DNA from: Trichomonas gallinae
Lineage: Eukaryota
Assembly (NCBI GenBank): GCA_008369845.1
Contig: MRSU01001220.1
Span: 1 to 49,192, forward strand
Direction: 5' to 3'
DNA: 49,192 nucleotides
Notes under the pieces: generated by a model
Told to the model about the DNA's origin: nothing
Databases searched by the model: none
Seen by the model: the letters and a program-made list of their open reading frames with translations, nothing else
Shown: piece by piece, positions 21,395 to 32,689 of the stretch
How positions within the stretch are numbered: position 1 is the stretch's first letter
Layout of the letters: each line of letters opens with the position of its first letter
Made by a program: the position numbers and the translations under genes

Positions 21395-21725
21395 TATTTA
21401 TATTATATAGGAGCTTATTCTAAAATATGAGATATATTTAATATAACTTTATTTTTTCATAAATTAACATTGTATATTGGATGTTTTTAATATGATGAAT
21501 TATAAATATATATTCTATAGGAATTAGTATTTAAGTATGGGGCATATTTATTCAAAATTTAAATTTTTCATAAAATTATAATTGTATTTTGAAATTTACT
21601 AATATGATAAACAATGAATATATATTATAAAGGAGCTTATTCCATAATATGGAGCATGTTTATTATAACTTTATAATTTGATAAATTAATTATTAATCTT
21701 GAAAAGTTCTAATAATGTTACTATA
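21395..21725. repeat. Degenerate tandem repeat, about 111 bp x3
   Basis: Anchor tatatt.tatagga recurs with GG at 21410, 21520 and 21632, and the downstream blocks align (aatatg..catattta..ataaatt). Confidence 0.7.
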
Positions 21726-22035
21726 GATCTTATTTTGAAAAATATGCAAAATATAATTAATTTTGATAAAGAAAAAAAGATATCTTTCGATGAAACTTGG
21801 AATCTATATGTGGTTATAATGATATTGACTTTCTATTAATACAAACCAGCATTTATCTCATATATGTATTTATCATTACATGAATTTAACATTTAATTTA
21901 TTTTTTAGTTATTATTTTCGATGAAATCGTAAAATATAAAGATATAATTGAAGTACTCCAAAAATGTTTACAAATTATATCAATTTATGTAAAAATAAAA
22001 AATAATAATAAATAACCAAAAAAAAATCTAATAAA

Positions 22036-24822
22036 TTAGTCCGTGTCATCAAGAGGCGGTAACTGATCCTCTGATGTAAAGTAATTCGGGAGTAAATCAG
22101 CGTTCTCGATCAAGAAATTGAGAAGCGCCTCTCTGATTTCGTTCATAGCTTCTGGAGTGTCTGCTCCTCCCTTTGCTAAGATCTTCTCCAAGTTCTGGTC
22201 GAAGAACCTCCTGAATCTGTCGTGAAGGATCGCAGCGCACCACTCTTCAGTGAAATACTCAGCGAAGTCTGTGATTCTCTTCTGGTCAAACCTCTCGACC
22301 ATGTTGTTGAGCAAAACAGCTGGCAAGCCAATGAACTTCGTCCAGTCGTATATCATTCCTGTGCTTTCGCCGAGATACTCGAAAGCCTGGATGAAACCAG
22401 CAGCGTCAACGAAGAATCTGATAGTGCGGCCTGAGTTGACTGTCTCCAAGCATCTGCACTTAGCAGCTGGGAAGCCGTTCCTGAAGAAAATTCTTGAGCC
22501 TGGCAACTGGTACATCTCGGCTCTCCTCAGAGAGAACTTCGGCAACAACGAAGGATTCTTCTCTGCAAGTAATGCGTCATCAGAACCGACGATAAGCGGT
22601 GGCTCAACGAAATCATCTGTTGGATCGACTAACCTCAAAATAACAGCGCCGATCTGCCTGCCGTATTCTGTCTGCGATATCAAAGCGCCGTCGTCTTTGG
22701 CTCTGTATGGACGTGAGAACATTGTGATTGGGCCAGCCGCGAAGACCTTCGGGTCGTTTGTCCTGAAGAGCTCATCGATAACAATACCTCCATCGTAAAC
22801 TAGAGATGACTTTTCGAGGATGTCTAAGAGTTTCGGAGAAACCTCTCTGAAGTCGCAGTTAGCAACAGCTGAGTCCCTGATGATTGTCGCGAGAGTACCT
22901 TCGAGCTTGAAGCGAGGGTTGTGGGCGATGTGCGCGCATCCTGGGTAGTGGCTCAAGATGTAGTAAGCGACGAGGGAGTCACCGACAACTGAAACAGGCG
23001 GCTTCTTCGTCTCGCAGAACTTCTTAGCCATCCACATATCTGCAGTCTCTCCCTGCTTCGCTGTCAGCAGCACCAGGAAGTCGTAGTGCAAGTCTATGAT
23101 AGGCGCGCGCTCATCGTTCTCCTTCTGGATGGATATAGTCGAGTCAGGTCTGTTGATAGATTTGAGTGAGTGGTTGAAGAATGTCGCTCCATTCAATAGG
23201 TGGATGTGCTGCAGCCAGTCTGGCATGTATTCTCTGCACGCGTATGTATTGACCCAGATTCTCTCGTCGGCGCCTTCGCAGACGACGTGGAGAGCTGAGA
23301 AGTGCAGATACGGGACGGAAATCAGTTTGTACAAAAATGATGCAACGCCTTCTGTGTTTCCGACGATGACTATTGACGCTGTGACCTCCTGCTTCGGCTG
23401 CAGACTCCAGCGCATCGGGAATAAATGCAATGACTCTTCTCTTTCGATGTGGACTTGAAATTCAGGATTCGCTGGACCTTGGCGACGCTCTACTGCTAAG
23501 AACAGGCGGCCTAGGATATCAGGGAAGTAGCCTGTCTTGTGTAGCATGTAAATGGACTTAACTTCCCAGATCTCCATTGATCTGACTAAGAAGAAAGCGA
23601 GGAAACGCTGGAAAAGCGGCGAAATCGTGCAGTAGCGAAGCTGCACGAACGAGTTGCAGTGCTTAACATCAACAAATTCTTCGATATCCCATTTTGTGTG
23701 ATCTATTGGATTTGGATCCTCAAAAACTGAAATACCCTGAATGATTTCGTTAACCAAGAGGAGATGAACGTTCTCAGGTTTGTCTTCGCACGCTTTGATG
23801 ATGTCAACACGGTTATTTAAAGGTTCGACGAAGTTTTCAAGGAGAGAAGCATCATCTGGTGTGTATTTACGGACATTGAGCATGATATCGTTTGCTGCAT
23901 CGCGGTGGCAGAGGTATAAGTTGTAGCATTGAGTTCCGTGATGAAGAGATGGAATCTTTGTGAGGAAAGGAGCCAATGGTGATGGTGGTGAGTTTGTTGG
24001 GAACAAAATCGCGAAGTAGTCGGCATCTCTCATTAAAGCGAAGATTGGTTTGATGAAATCGCGTGAATGAAGGCGATATTTGTCAGCAATGAAGAAGAGG
24101 CTGATACGGAAGACAGTCTTCTTCTCGTTGAGTATTTTCTGGAATGCGATGAGGTCGTAATCTTGTGCGTGAATCGAGAGATCGAAATCTGGCTGAATTG
24201 CGACGAAACCGACAGCAAGACCATCGTCACCTTCGGCAACGAGGCATTTGTAGTTTTCTGTGTTCTTGATGAGATCAGAAACGAAGAAAGATTCGTTCTT
24301 TTCGAGAAGATCTGCAGCTTCTTGTTCGAAAAGCGGCATAAGGTCATCATAATCTTCTACACGTGCTGCTCTGATGACGAGCGGTGGGATGATTATGTCG
24401 CGGCGGCAAACAAGCTTCGGGCCTTCTTGAATGAAAAATGGAACAAGCGAAGTTTCGAGTGGAGCTTCGACGTTGATGTCAGTCTCGACCATATCGCATG
24501 TTGGTTGGCTTTCGAACAATGAACGAAGAATTAAACGCGCTGCATCAGATGCATATTGAGTTTCAGCTAAAAAGCACGAAAGTTTTAATTTCTTGTATGA
24601 ATAGAAAGTTGACTGTGGTGGGAATTTGAACATTGCCATAGCAACTGGCGTCTGCTCTTCACCCTGTGTGACTGCAGTGAGTGTAAGGCACGAACTCTCG
24701 ATCAATTCGGCGATATCCTTCACTCCGTAGCGCGAAACGAGGAGGTCGCCAATGCGGTCGACGAGTGGCTGGAGGGCAACGGCATCTGAAGTGATTGCAC
24801 GGCGAACAATCAGATCCTCCAT
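22036..24822 (-). CDS. CFAP61: Cilia- and flagella-associated protein 61
   Basis: Start moved to ATG 24822 (Inr TCATT at 24835-24839); IRAARVEDYDDLMPLF; oxidoreductase-like region LVYDGGIVIDELFRTNDPKVFAAGP; C-terminal LNN..RFD..YFTEEW.AILHDRF. Confidence 0.85.
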   Translation of the reverse strand: MEDLIVRRAITSDAVALQPLVDRIGDLLVSRYGVKDIAELIESSCLTLTAVTQGEEQTPVAMAMFKFPPQSTFYSYKKLKLSCFLAETQYASDAARLILRSLFESQPTCDMVETDINVEAPLETSLVPFFIQEGPKLVCRRDIIIPPLVIRAARVEDYDDLMPLFEQEAADLLEKNESFFVSDLIKNTENYKCLVAEGDDGLAVGFVAIQPDFDLSIHAQDYDLIAFQKILNEKKTVFRISLFFIADKYRLHSRDFIKPIFALMRDADYFAILFPTNSPPSPLAPFLTKIPSLHHGTQCYNLYLCHRDAANDIMLNVRKYTPDDASLLENFVEPLNNRVDIIKACEDKPENVHLLLVNEIIQGISVFEDPNPIDHTKWDIEEFVDVKHCNSFVQLRYCTISPLFQRFLAFFLVRSMEIWEVKSIYMLHKTGYFPDILGRLFLAVERRQGPANPEFQVHIEREESLHLFPMRWSLQPKQEVTASIVIVGNTEGVASFLYKLISVPYLHFSALHVVCEGADERIWVNTYACREYMPDWLQHIHLLNGATFFNHSLKSINRPDSTISIQKENDERAPIIDLHYDFLVLLTAKQGETADMWMAKKFCETKKPPVSVVGDSLVAYYILSHYPGCAHIAHNPRFKLEGTLATIIRDSAVANCDFREVSPKLLDILEKSSLVYDGGIVIDELFRTNDPKVFAAGPITMFSRPYRAKDDGALISQTEYGRQIGAVILRLVDPTDDFVEPPLIVGSDDALLAEKNPSLLPKFSLRRAEMYQLPGSRIFFRNGFPAAKCRCLETVNSGRTIRFFVDAAGFIQAFEYLGESTGMIYDWTKFIGLPAVLLNNMVERFDQKRITDFAEYFTEEWCAAILHDRFRRFFDQNLEKILAKGGADTPEAMNEIREALLNFLIENADLLPNYFTSEDQLPPLDDTD

Positions 24823-25174
24823 AATTTTATAACGAATGAAGAAAAGTGACATTATTACGTTTTTGATATTTGACACTTTACATGGCAAATATTTTTTTCT
24901 AAAATCGAATAGTGTAATCATTTCTTTAAGTCTTTAGTGTCAAGATTGTTAAATCTCAATAGCAAAAGATCAATTATTGAACGAGAAATGAATATTTGAT
25001 TTTGTTTGCACTGCATTCAATGAGCAAGCAACAATATTGAATAATTGAAACATAATTCGAAAACAGAAGAGAGTTATGATAAAATCTACGTAATTTGTAG
25101 AATTGAAATGAGAAAATTTAAAGAAGCAATCAGAAAGTTAGGAAAATGTGAAGATTAATTAATATGATAAGTGA

Positions 25175-25360
25175 AAACAAACAAGAAATGATATTGACAT
25201 TAATTCATATGACAAAAATACAGCATTAGTTTCAGCTTCATTTAATGGTCATCACGAGGTTGTCAAACGCCTTCTATTAAAGCATGGAATTGATGAAAAC
25301 ATAGAAAACATAAAAAACAAAACAGCTTTGTATTGGGCTTCAAGAAAACGCCAGTCATAA
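25175..25360 (+). pseudogene. Ankyrin-repeat gene fragment
   Basis: Stop-bounded frame with no ATG: NDIDINSYDKNTALVSASFNGHHEVVKRLLLKHGIDENIENIKNKTALYWASRK. Confidence 0.85.
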
Positions 25361-25457
25361 TACAATTGTTGATATATCATGTAGAGATTTTACTGATATA
25401 TTACTTAGCAAAAAAAGATTGGATTTGTTTGTCCTATTTTAATAAATACTGTTTAGT

Positions 25458-26804
25458 TTACTCTTCGGCAAGCCACTTATGAATGACCGCCTTAATATGT
25501 TCGCGTGTGCGTGTGAGATCTGTTGGCTCACCAGCGCGTGGGGCGCCGAGATCCTGGCAATGGCCAACTTCGAGGCCTGTGATAGTATGGGCGACGCAAT
25601 TTGGTCCGATCTTATCGGCATCATCTGCTGTGTAGCAAACTGGTGTCCATGGATCCTGGGAACCAGTTGTGTAGTAGATGTGGGATGTCTGCTTAAGCTT
25701 CTCAGCCCATGGCTTATTGAAAGCATCTGTATCTGGAATTGGCATTTCTTCGCTGAAAACTTCCTGGCACTGCTTGTGGAAGAATTCCTGGTCAACCTTA
25801 GATGAGCGGAGTGTAAGGCGGCCAGAGTTGACTTGCCAATATGCAAGTTCGTTGCATGTCATCCAGAGCCATGAACGTGGGCCGTTTGGCTTGGACACAT
25901 TCTTAAGAGCAGCATTAGAGTATGTTCTAACGCTGTCGCCGTCAGCGAATCTTGGTGTGAAAGTCTCGCGAGCGTATTTGGCTAAAGTCATGAGTGGATC
26001 AGCACCTGTGATGAGTGTATCCTCGAGTGGGCCGCAGAGAGCAGCGCGAGCACCATACTGTGGACCAAGAGAGAACATTTCACCAAGAACGAAACGGAAG
26101 ATTTCTGGTTCAAGGCCTGTCATGCCGAATGTAGCAAGAAGCCACTCTGGATCTGTCTCAAGAAGTTCATCAACTTTACGGCGGATCGAACGAGCGACTG
26201 ATGCGCAAGACTGACCAAGAGAAATAGCAATCTGGCGGTCGAAATCTTCGTACTTGTTGCTGGCAATGACAACACCGGATGAGGCGAGAGCAGCATGGAA
26301 ATCATTTGGATATGCAGCTCTTGTGTATGCAGAAAGAAGGCCTGGATATGAGCCACCGACGAGAATCCACTTTGTGTCGGCTGGCATGTTATATTCCTTC
26401 ATCATTCCGTCCTTGAAGTTCTTAAGATCGTCGATTGCTTGTTGAACTGTGAGTAATTTAATTTCTGGGTATGTTAATTCTGTTGGGAAAGACTTACCGA
26501 AGTAGCGGTGCTCGAGCATGAAGAATGCGGCGTTGAATTCCTTGCAGAATGTTGTCATATAATCATTAATAGCGCGTGGTCTGAATGTATCTGATTCACC
26601 ACCGATGAATAAGATGGCTGTTTTATTGTCTGTTGTTAAATTGAAAAGTGCAAAATAGCGCTGGTCGAATGTTCCCGCTGTTGCACCTGTGTGATCGATT
26701 TTCTGCTTAAAAACTGGGAAATCGTAGTCATGGACATTACGACGAAGCGTAATGTCACGTGGCTCATACAGAGAGGACGCAAGATAAAGGAAAAAGCCAA
26801 ACAT
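25458..26804 (-). CDS. Clan SC family S28 serine peptidase
   Basis: Start moved to ATG 26804 (signal MFGFFLYLASS); QKIDH, FDQRYF, IGGE, LEHRYFGKS, GGSYPG (catalytic Ser), DPW, HCQDL. Confidence 0.95.
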   Translation of the reverse strand: MFGFFLYLASSLYEPRDITLRRNVHDYDFPVFKQKIDHTGATAGTFDQRYFALFNLTTDNKTAILFIGGESDTFRPRAINDYMTTFCKEFNAAFFMLEHRYFGKSFPTELTYPEIKLLTVQQAIDDLKNFKDGMMKEYNMPADTKWILVGGSYPGLLSAYTRAAYPNDFHAALASSGVVIASNKYEDFDRQIAISLGQSCASVARSIRRKVDELLETDPEWLLATFGMTGLEPEIFRFVLGEMFSLGPQYGARAALCGPLEDTLITGADPLMTLAKYARETFTPRFADGDSVRTYSNAALKNVSKPNGPRSWLWMTCNELAYWQVNSGRLTLRSSKVDQEFFHKQCQEVFSEEMPIPDTDAFNKPWAEKLKQTSHIYYTTGSQDPWTPVCYTADDADKIGPNCVAHTITGLEVGHCQDLGAPRAGEPTDLTRTREHIKAVIHKWLAEE

Positions 26805-27042
26805 TATTTTGTGCTGGCCTCGAAAAGTGACATTAAACCGCAATTTTGAAAATTCAATTCAAGAAACCGTAATAATCGTTTTCTTGGTGATAAATATATA
26901 CCTATGCTAGTAAAGACCTGAAATGATGTTTGCAAATTGAATTTTTGATTTATCCCTTATATTTGTTAATAATTAAAAAATATAAATCAAGGTTCATCAT
27001 AAGCCAAAATATAAAGACGATATCACAAAATATTTTGCAAAT

Positions 27043-27105
27043 ACATGTATATAGGGCAATCGCATAATAGCAGTTTAATGAAGCCTAAATAACAGCTGTT
27101 TTGCT
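27043..27105 (-). pseudogene. Ankyrin-repeat remnant
   Basis: SKTAVI*ASLNCYYAIALY, with TAG at the usual Trp of KTALIWAS. Confidence 0.45.
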
Positions 27106-27571
27106 CACAAGAATAGCTTTATTTTATAAAAATGGTTTTGTGTGTGCTAGTCCAATAGATATCTATTGTCTAATATTCTCTAGGATATTCTCTTCAGATG
27201 TTTCAAGAATGAAAGCTATTTTGACATGTAAATAATTATTTTGTCATTATTATTTTGAAGAATTAAATTCTAATAATATAAGATGGCCCCTATGGTTGAA
27301 AGCTATTTTAACGGATGATTCAAACTCAATGGAGGTGTGTTCACTATCCAGACGAGATTCTATTGGTCAAAAAAGCAAACGTTTGAAAATTTATTGGTGA
27401 TCGAGTAATTGTCAATCCATTTTTCAGTGTTCTTGGAATGGTTGTTAATCAACTTATCAATGTTCTTGGAATAATTTTCAACAATCTAAACAGAATTTAC
27501 ATTTTTGCCAAAAATATTTTACAATCATTCAAAACATAATATTTACGTGGCATTTTTGAAAATTAGTTTAC

Positions 27572-28021
27572 ATGTCGCAAGAACCGGTTCGAGAAATACA
27601 TGAAGTATTCAAAGATATGGATCAGAATGGCGATGGATTCATCGATCCTGATGATCTGAAGATATGCATGAATACTTTAGGCTTCGAATTCAATGCTGCT
27701 GAGATTCAAAGATTAGTTATGGAATTGGATCCTGAAAATACCGGAAAAATCGATATGCAGCACTTTTCTGAGTTCGTACGTAGCAAGATGACTGAGAGGG
27801 ATCATATAGAAGAAATACAGATGGCATTCCAGATGCTTGATATAGACAAGAAAGGAAAAATTACGTTTTCTGACCTTAAAAAAGTTGCTAAAGAGCTTGG
27901 TGAGAACATAACAGATCAAGAACTCCACGAAATGATCAACGAAGCCGATACAGATAATGATGGCGAAATTTCCTTTGAAGAATTTGTCGCCTTAATCAAA
28001 ACTGCAGCTCCAAACTTATAA
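27572..28021 (+). CDS. Centrin (EF-hand protein)
   Basis: Four EF-hand positions; centrin-typical LGFE and LKKVAKELGENITDQELHEMINEAD. Confidence 0.9.
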   Translation: MSQEPVREIHEVFKDMDQNGDGFIDPDDLKICMNTLGFEFNAAEIQRLVMELDPENTGKIDMQHFSEFVRSKMTERDHIEEIQMAFQMLDIDKKGKITFSDLKKVAKELGENITDQELHEMINEADTDNDGEISFEEFVALIKTAAPNL

Positions 28022-28823
28022 CCAATATTAATACATTATCTTTCGTATAAATTTACAATGAAATTCGAAATCACGAATATTTTGTTAGGTTTCAAATTGT
28101 ATTTTCATCACCATTCACTACTACATGATATATACATCATATAAATAAAAAGTATAAATGTTTGTTTTATAAAATTCCAATATTTTTCCGATTCCATAGG
28201 AAAAAATGTTCACTATTACAGTTATAATTTTGATTTTTCTTTAACGAGATGCTCAAAATCATCAATTTCGGAAAAATTTTTTAATAATTATTCAAGAATT
28301 CCTCAATTCAAACACAAATATGTTGTTTTAAAGTTTTATACATAACAAAAGCATATATAGTGCTAGTATGATAATAGATTTGTTTTTGAGCGATTATATA
28401 TGATATGATTGTGATGAATTAAAGTCAATTTCTCAGATTTTTGTTTTGATATTATGAATAAGTTCATATATGTATATGTATGTATATTGCAATATATGAG
28501 ACTCCTGGAGCAAATATTCAGTGTTTTATTCAAACTCGAGGTTTTGGAAATGTGAACATGAAACCTATTAGTTGAAGCCTCATATCATGCCATTTATCCA
28601 TGCACAATGTGTTGATAAATCTGGTGTTTTCATTTTTTGATTTTGACAAATATTGAGGAAGTTTTTCAAAGCAAAGTTTTTTAAAAAGGTCTACTAACAA
28701 ATATTTGAGAGTTTTTAATCATTTTATTCATGCTGAATTTATCCATAAAAATAATGAAGTTCCCCAGTTATTGGATGAGTTGTAGGAAAAAAGGCTAATT
28801 TATATAAATAACAGATTTTATAT

Positions 28824-30461
28824 TTATACGTTCTTAAGAGAAACAGCAATGTGTGAGAGAGTTCTAATAGTTCTGATGCAGGGAGCAGAAGGTGGGAGTC
28901 TTTGATATAAATTAATAACTGTATTGAGTAAATTATCTGCATTGTTTCGTAGAGACTCATTGCCAGCATTCTGATCTACATCAATCTGAAGAATAGCATC
29001 CATTACAACTTCTGATGAAGAAGATGGATCAAAATCAAGAATTTCTGTAAGTTTTGGTAACATATCGATGAATGTTGGCTGTTTAAGCTTAGGAAGTACA
29101 TCACTGAATTCATTTTCTAGAATAAATTGAAGGAATCGTTCATTAGGCAAAGCAAGCGCGTTTTCGACAATTTGGTCTGGATTGTTTGATGTTGTAAGCA
29201 TCATTGACATTGATTTTGTAGAAATTCCCGACTGTGATAAAAGCTGATGAAGATTTTGAATATCTTGATAAGCTTTGTTAGCTTTCTTAGAGATTTTATT
29301 AAGCATTTTTGCCGCTGTTTCTTCTGGAATTCTTAATGCTTCAAGCTGTTTTGATTGTTCTTCTTTGATTGCGTTATAAACAGATTGAACGTGTTTTGAA
29401 GCTTCTTCTTTGATTTCATTTTGTGCTTCTTGGAATTTCCCATCTGAAAGGACATCATCGTCTGCATTAACCTTGAACTGTCTGTGGGTTATATCTGGTT
29501 TCAAATCAGTATCGAATGTTACTAAGTATTTATTGTTACCATCTGCAGCGACAATGCTCTTATCTAATGCTTCGAATGAGTCGTTCACGGTAATTCCTTT
29601 CTTTGTTTCGTAGACGATCGAGCTTCCTTTCCAAAAGTGCCAAACATCATCATAAGACTTAATGGTTGTCTTGGGGTCACTTGCATCATGAGGAATGACG
29701 GTGTTATTTGAATATTCGTAAAGGAAATTGTCGTCTATAAAATATTGGATTTTGTCGTTTTGTTTTTCACGCCAAATATATTCGCTGGCGGTATCTGTAC
29801 GACGCCAAAGCTCGTAGTATCCATCAATTAGGAATAGAATATATTTCTTACTCAAATCGAACCACGAAACATTTTGTTTGTACAAATTTTTATCATAATA
29901 CTGTTCATCACGAAGCTGGACAACGTATAGTTCGTTATTTTGGGAGAGGAAGAAGAATCTTTCGTTGAAAAATGGATCGACTTTCATTTTCTTTGCGTTA
30001 GTTAGCTCATGAGGTACCTTTGAAAGATCTGGTTTAGAGTCTTGATCTTTTTTAGAGAAGTCGTATTGGAGAAACCCGTCATTATGTGAAATTAACAAAA
30101 TAGAATTTTTCAATAAAATTGTTTCACAATTATTTGACTTTAGACTGAATGTGTATTGATTCTGAGGAGTTTCAAGGTCGTAGAGTCTGAGAAGTTTGGT
30201 CTTTGAATCAAAAATTGTAACATGAGTTTCGCTGAGATTTACAGGGTATTGCGCATCCTGCTTCTGTCTACCAAGATTTTTAATTTCTTTTCCCGCCTCT
30301 TCAGCGCGTGCAAAGAAATCTAAACTTGGGGATTTAACTTGTTTATTTTCTTCCTTTGGCTGGGCAACTTTGTCAGCTGATATCATAGGAGGAGGTGGTG
30401 TGGACGCCATCGGCGCAGATTTAGACATAATCATTTCAGGTCTTAGAATAGTATTGGACAT
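28824..30461 (-). CDS. Probable divergent EDC4/Ge-1/VARICOSE-like protein (beta-propeller-like region, coiled coil, helical C-terminal domain)
   Basis: Start likely ATG 30461; C-terminal DQIVENAL..PKLKQPTFIDMLPKL..VMDAILQID..IRTLSHIAVSL resembles the EDC4 C-terminal domain. The CDS itself is secure; the family is inferred. Confidence 0.55.
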   Translation of the reverse strand: MSNTILRPEMIMSKSAPMASTPPPPMISADKVAQPKEENKQVKSPSLDFFARAEEAGKEIKNLGRQKQDAQYPVNLSETHVTIFDSKTKLLRLYDLETPQNQYTFSLKSNNCETILLKNSILLISHNDGFLQYDFSKKDQDSKPDLSKVPHELTNAKKMKVDPFFNERFFFLSQNNELYVVQLRDEQYYDKNLYKQNVSWFDLSKKYILFLIDGYYELWRRTDTASEYIWREKQNDKIQYFIDDNFLYEYSNNTVIPHDASDPKTTIKSYDDVWHFWKGSSIVYETKKGITVNDSFEALDKSIVAADGNNKYLVTFDTDLKPDITHRQFKVNADDDVLSDGKFQEAQNEIKEEASKHVQSVYNAIKEEQSKQLEALRIPEETAAKMLNKISKKANKAYQDIQNLHQLLSQSGISTKSMSMMLTTSNNPDQIVENALALPNERFLQFILENEFSDVLPKLKQPTFIDMLPKLTEILDFDPSSSSEVVMDAILQIDVDQNAGNESLRNNADNLLNTVINLYQRLPPSAPCIRTIRTLSHIAVSLKNV

Positions 30462-31412
30462 TAAAAAATCAAAAATTTTAATTCCCAAAAACGACATGTA
30501 AACATGATTTTTGTCATTTGTAAATTTGTTTGTCATTTTTATATAAATGAATTCGAAAACATTTCTCATGTTTGACATTGATGAAACACGATTGAATTGT
30601 CTGGTGTTAAGTTATTCAATGCGTGATGAATCTTTCCTTCCTGCACTCAAAAATTGAATAAGCAAGAATTCAAATTTGTTCGATTTCTAAGGAAGATTTA
30701 TTTGGAAATGAAACAATTGCAATAACTGATGTACAAGATCATCGATTGGACGCTCGTTTCATTTCGGAGATACTGTTCCAGATATCGAAACTTCACTTCA
30801 AGCAAATTCAATACCAATTGGTTTGCAAACATGTCAGTGCGCTTTACAAGATGAAAGATACGCAAAATATATTTACAAAAACTTGAAAGAAAAAAATCCA
30901 AATTTTATCTCTCTTAAATGAGTAATTGCTATGCGAACATAACGAATAGACGAACTTATATAGAATTTTTCAACAGCAATCTCACATCTTAAATTTCTTC
31001 AAAAAATATTCCAAATTATCAACATGTTTATCTAAATTGGTACTATTCGTCACATAAAAAGGTTTTCATAATAACTAACATACAAATTTCAAATTTTGAA
31101 ATCGTATCAAAAGAATTTAACCAAAAAATAAAAAGGCCAATGATCTATGAAGAGCTTTTCCGTTCTAACTATGTCATATTTATAACTCGAAAATAATCAT
31201 TAATTTATTATTTTATCCAAAGCGATATATTGTTACTAAAGTCAACGCATGGCAATGGCCAAAACTCAAATAATTTTCTTTCATAATATTAATTTTCTTT
31301 TTATATCAACGACAGAATTTGTAGTTTCTTCGTGAAATAAAGGTTATGAATGATTTCGCATTTTTTGATGTGGCATCGATTATTTTCACTTCAAAGTTCA
31401 CTTTATTCAGGG

Positions 31413-32436
31413 ATGCTTCTAGATCTCGGCGAGCGTCTTGTAGTCAGCATCAAGAAGCTCACTGAGTCCAAGAAAATTGATGAGAAAGTCTATATTTCGT
31501 TTATGACTGATATAGCAAAAACTTTAATTGCTGCTGATGTGTCGAAGGATATTGTTTTCAGTTTTTCTCGCAAACTCAAAGAAAGCATCAATTATAAAGA
31601 AATAGCACCAGGTTTATCTATCAAAAAGATCATAGAAAAAGCAATCTTCAATGAATTAGTAAAATTAATTGATCTTGGCATTCCTGCTTATAAACCACAA
31701 AAGAAAATGCTTAATATATTTATGATGGTTGGTTTACAAGGCGCTGGAAAAACAACAACAGTTACGAAATTAGCCAATATTGCAGCAGATACATTTCGTG
31801 CTGGCGCAAGTGAACAGCTCATGCAGAACACGCAAACAGCAAGAATTTCGTAGATTTCACAGAACAAGATCCAGTTCAATGTGCATTAAAAGGCATAGAA
31901 AAGTTCAGAAACGACAAATTTGAGATTGCTATTATTGATACTTCAGGTCGACATATGCAGGAAGAAGCATTATGCGCCGAAATGAAACCTCTTGCCGCTG
32001 CTGTAAATTCTCATGAGATTATAGACAATAGGCAGCAGGCAACAAAGATGATCTTGAACACACCAAAAATACAATAAGAAAAATATTGATTGTTATTGAC
32101 GCAATGTCATCGATAGAACTTGAGAACCCTAATTTACTGAAGGAAGATAGTAGGATAGAAAGAGTGGCTGCAGGCTGTGGAATGCATCCTCAGTTTGTTC
32201 AAAACGTCATCACTGAACACAAAAGGTGGGAGGTGATGATAAAAAGGATGGATAAGAAAACACTAGCTTTCCTCGCACAATCTGAGCAGCCTAACTTTGC
32301 AAAAGAGAGAATGTTCAAAGAACAAGTAATGGCAAAATCAATGGGAAACGATATGCTAACGAGTGTTGGAGAAATAGAAGGCCTCGAAGCTTCAATGAGA
32401 CAAGCATGGATGTCTGGAAAAAACAAAAAATTGTAA
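31413..32436 (+). pseudogene. SRP54: SRP54 pseudogene with frameshift and internal deletions
   Basis: MLLDLGERL..GLQGAGKTT (G1)..ADTFRAGA (G2); frameshift near 31847; DPV..IIDTSGRHMQEEAL (G3); G4 TKLD region and first part of the M domain absent; ends with IDAMS..EL..SRIERVAAGCG. Confidence 0.9.
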
Positions 32437-32689
32437 TTTATAGAATTGTTTTAATAAATCATGTATATTATAACCAACATAATATGATTAAAATAAATAA
32501 CAAGTTACAATATATATTTACGAACAACTAGCATTATATTAACTACTTTGGAACTCATTATCGTAAATAAACAGTTTTGCAATCTAATGTTATTTACGAT
32601 CCATGTAATACATGAGCATATGTAGCACTTAACGAAATCTAAAAAATAATAAATATATCAAATCTACAAATTTACAATATATGATACAA

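Noticed and set aside
22222..26445. Many antisense/overlapping ORFs inside CFAP61 and the S28 peptidase (likewise in the Bap-like, Pmp, BEACH and GH18 genes)
   Set aside because: Nested in well-supported genes with GC-richer codons; several start at non-ATG codons; no motifs
13662..28021. Apparent cluster of cytoskeletal genes (FOP-like, CFAP61, centrin)
   Set aside because: Interspersed with unrelated genes on both strands; no evidence of a functional cluster
30600..31030. Coding-like stretch on the plus strand (FGDTVPDIETSLQANSIPIG...)
   Set aside because: Interrupted by stops and no family recognisable
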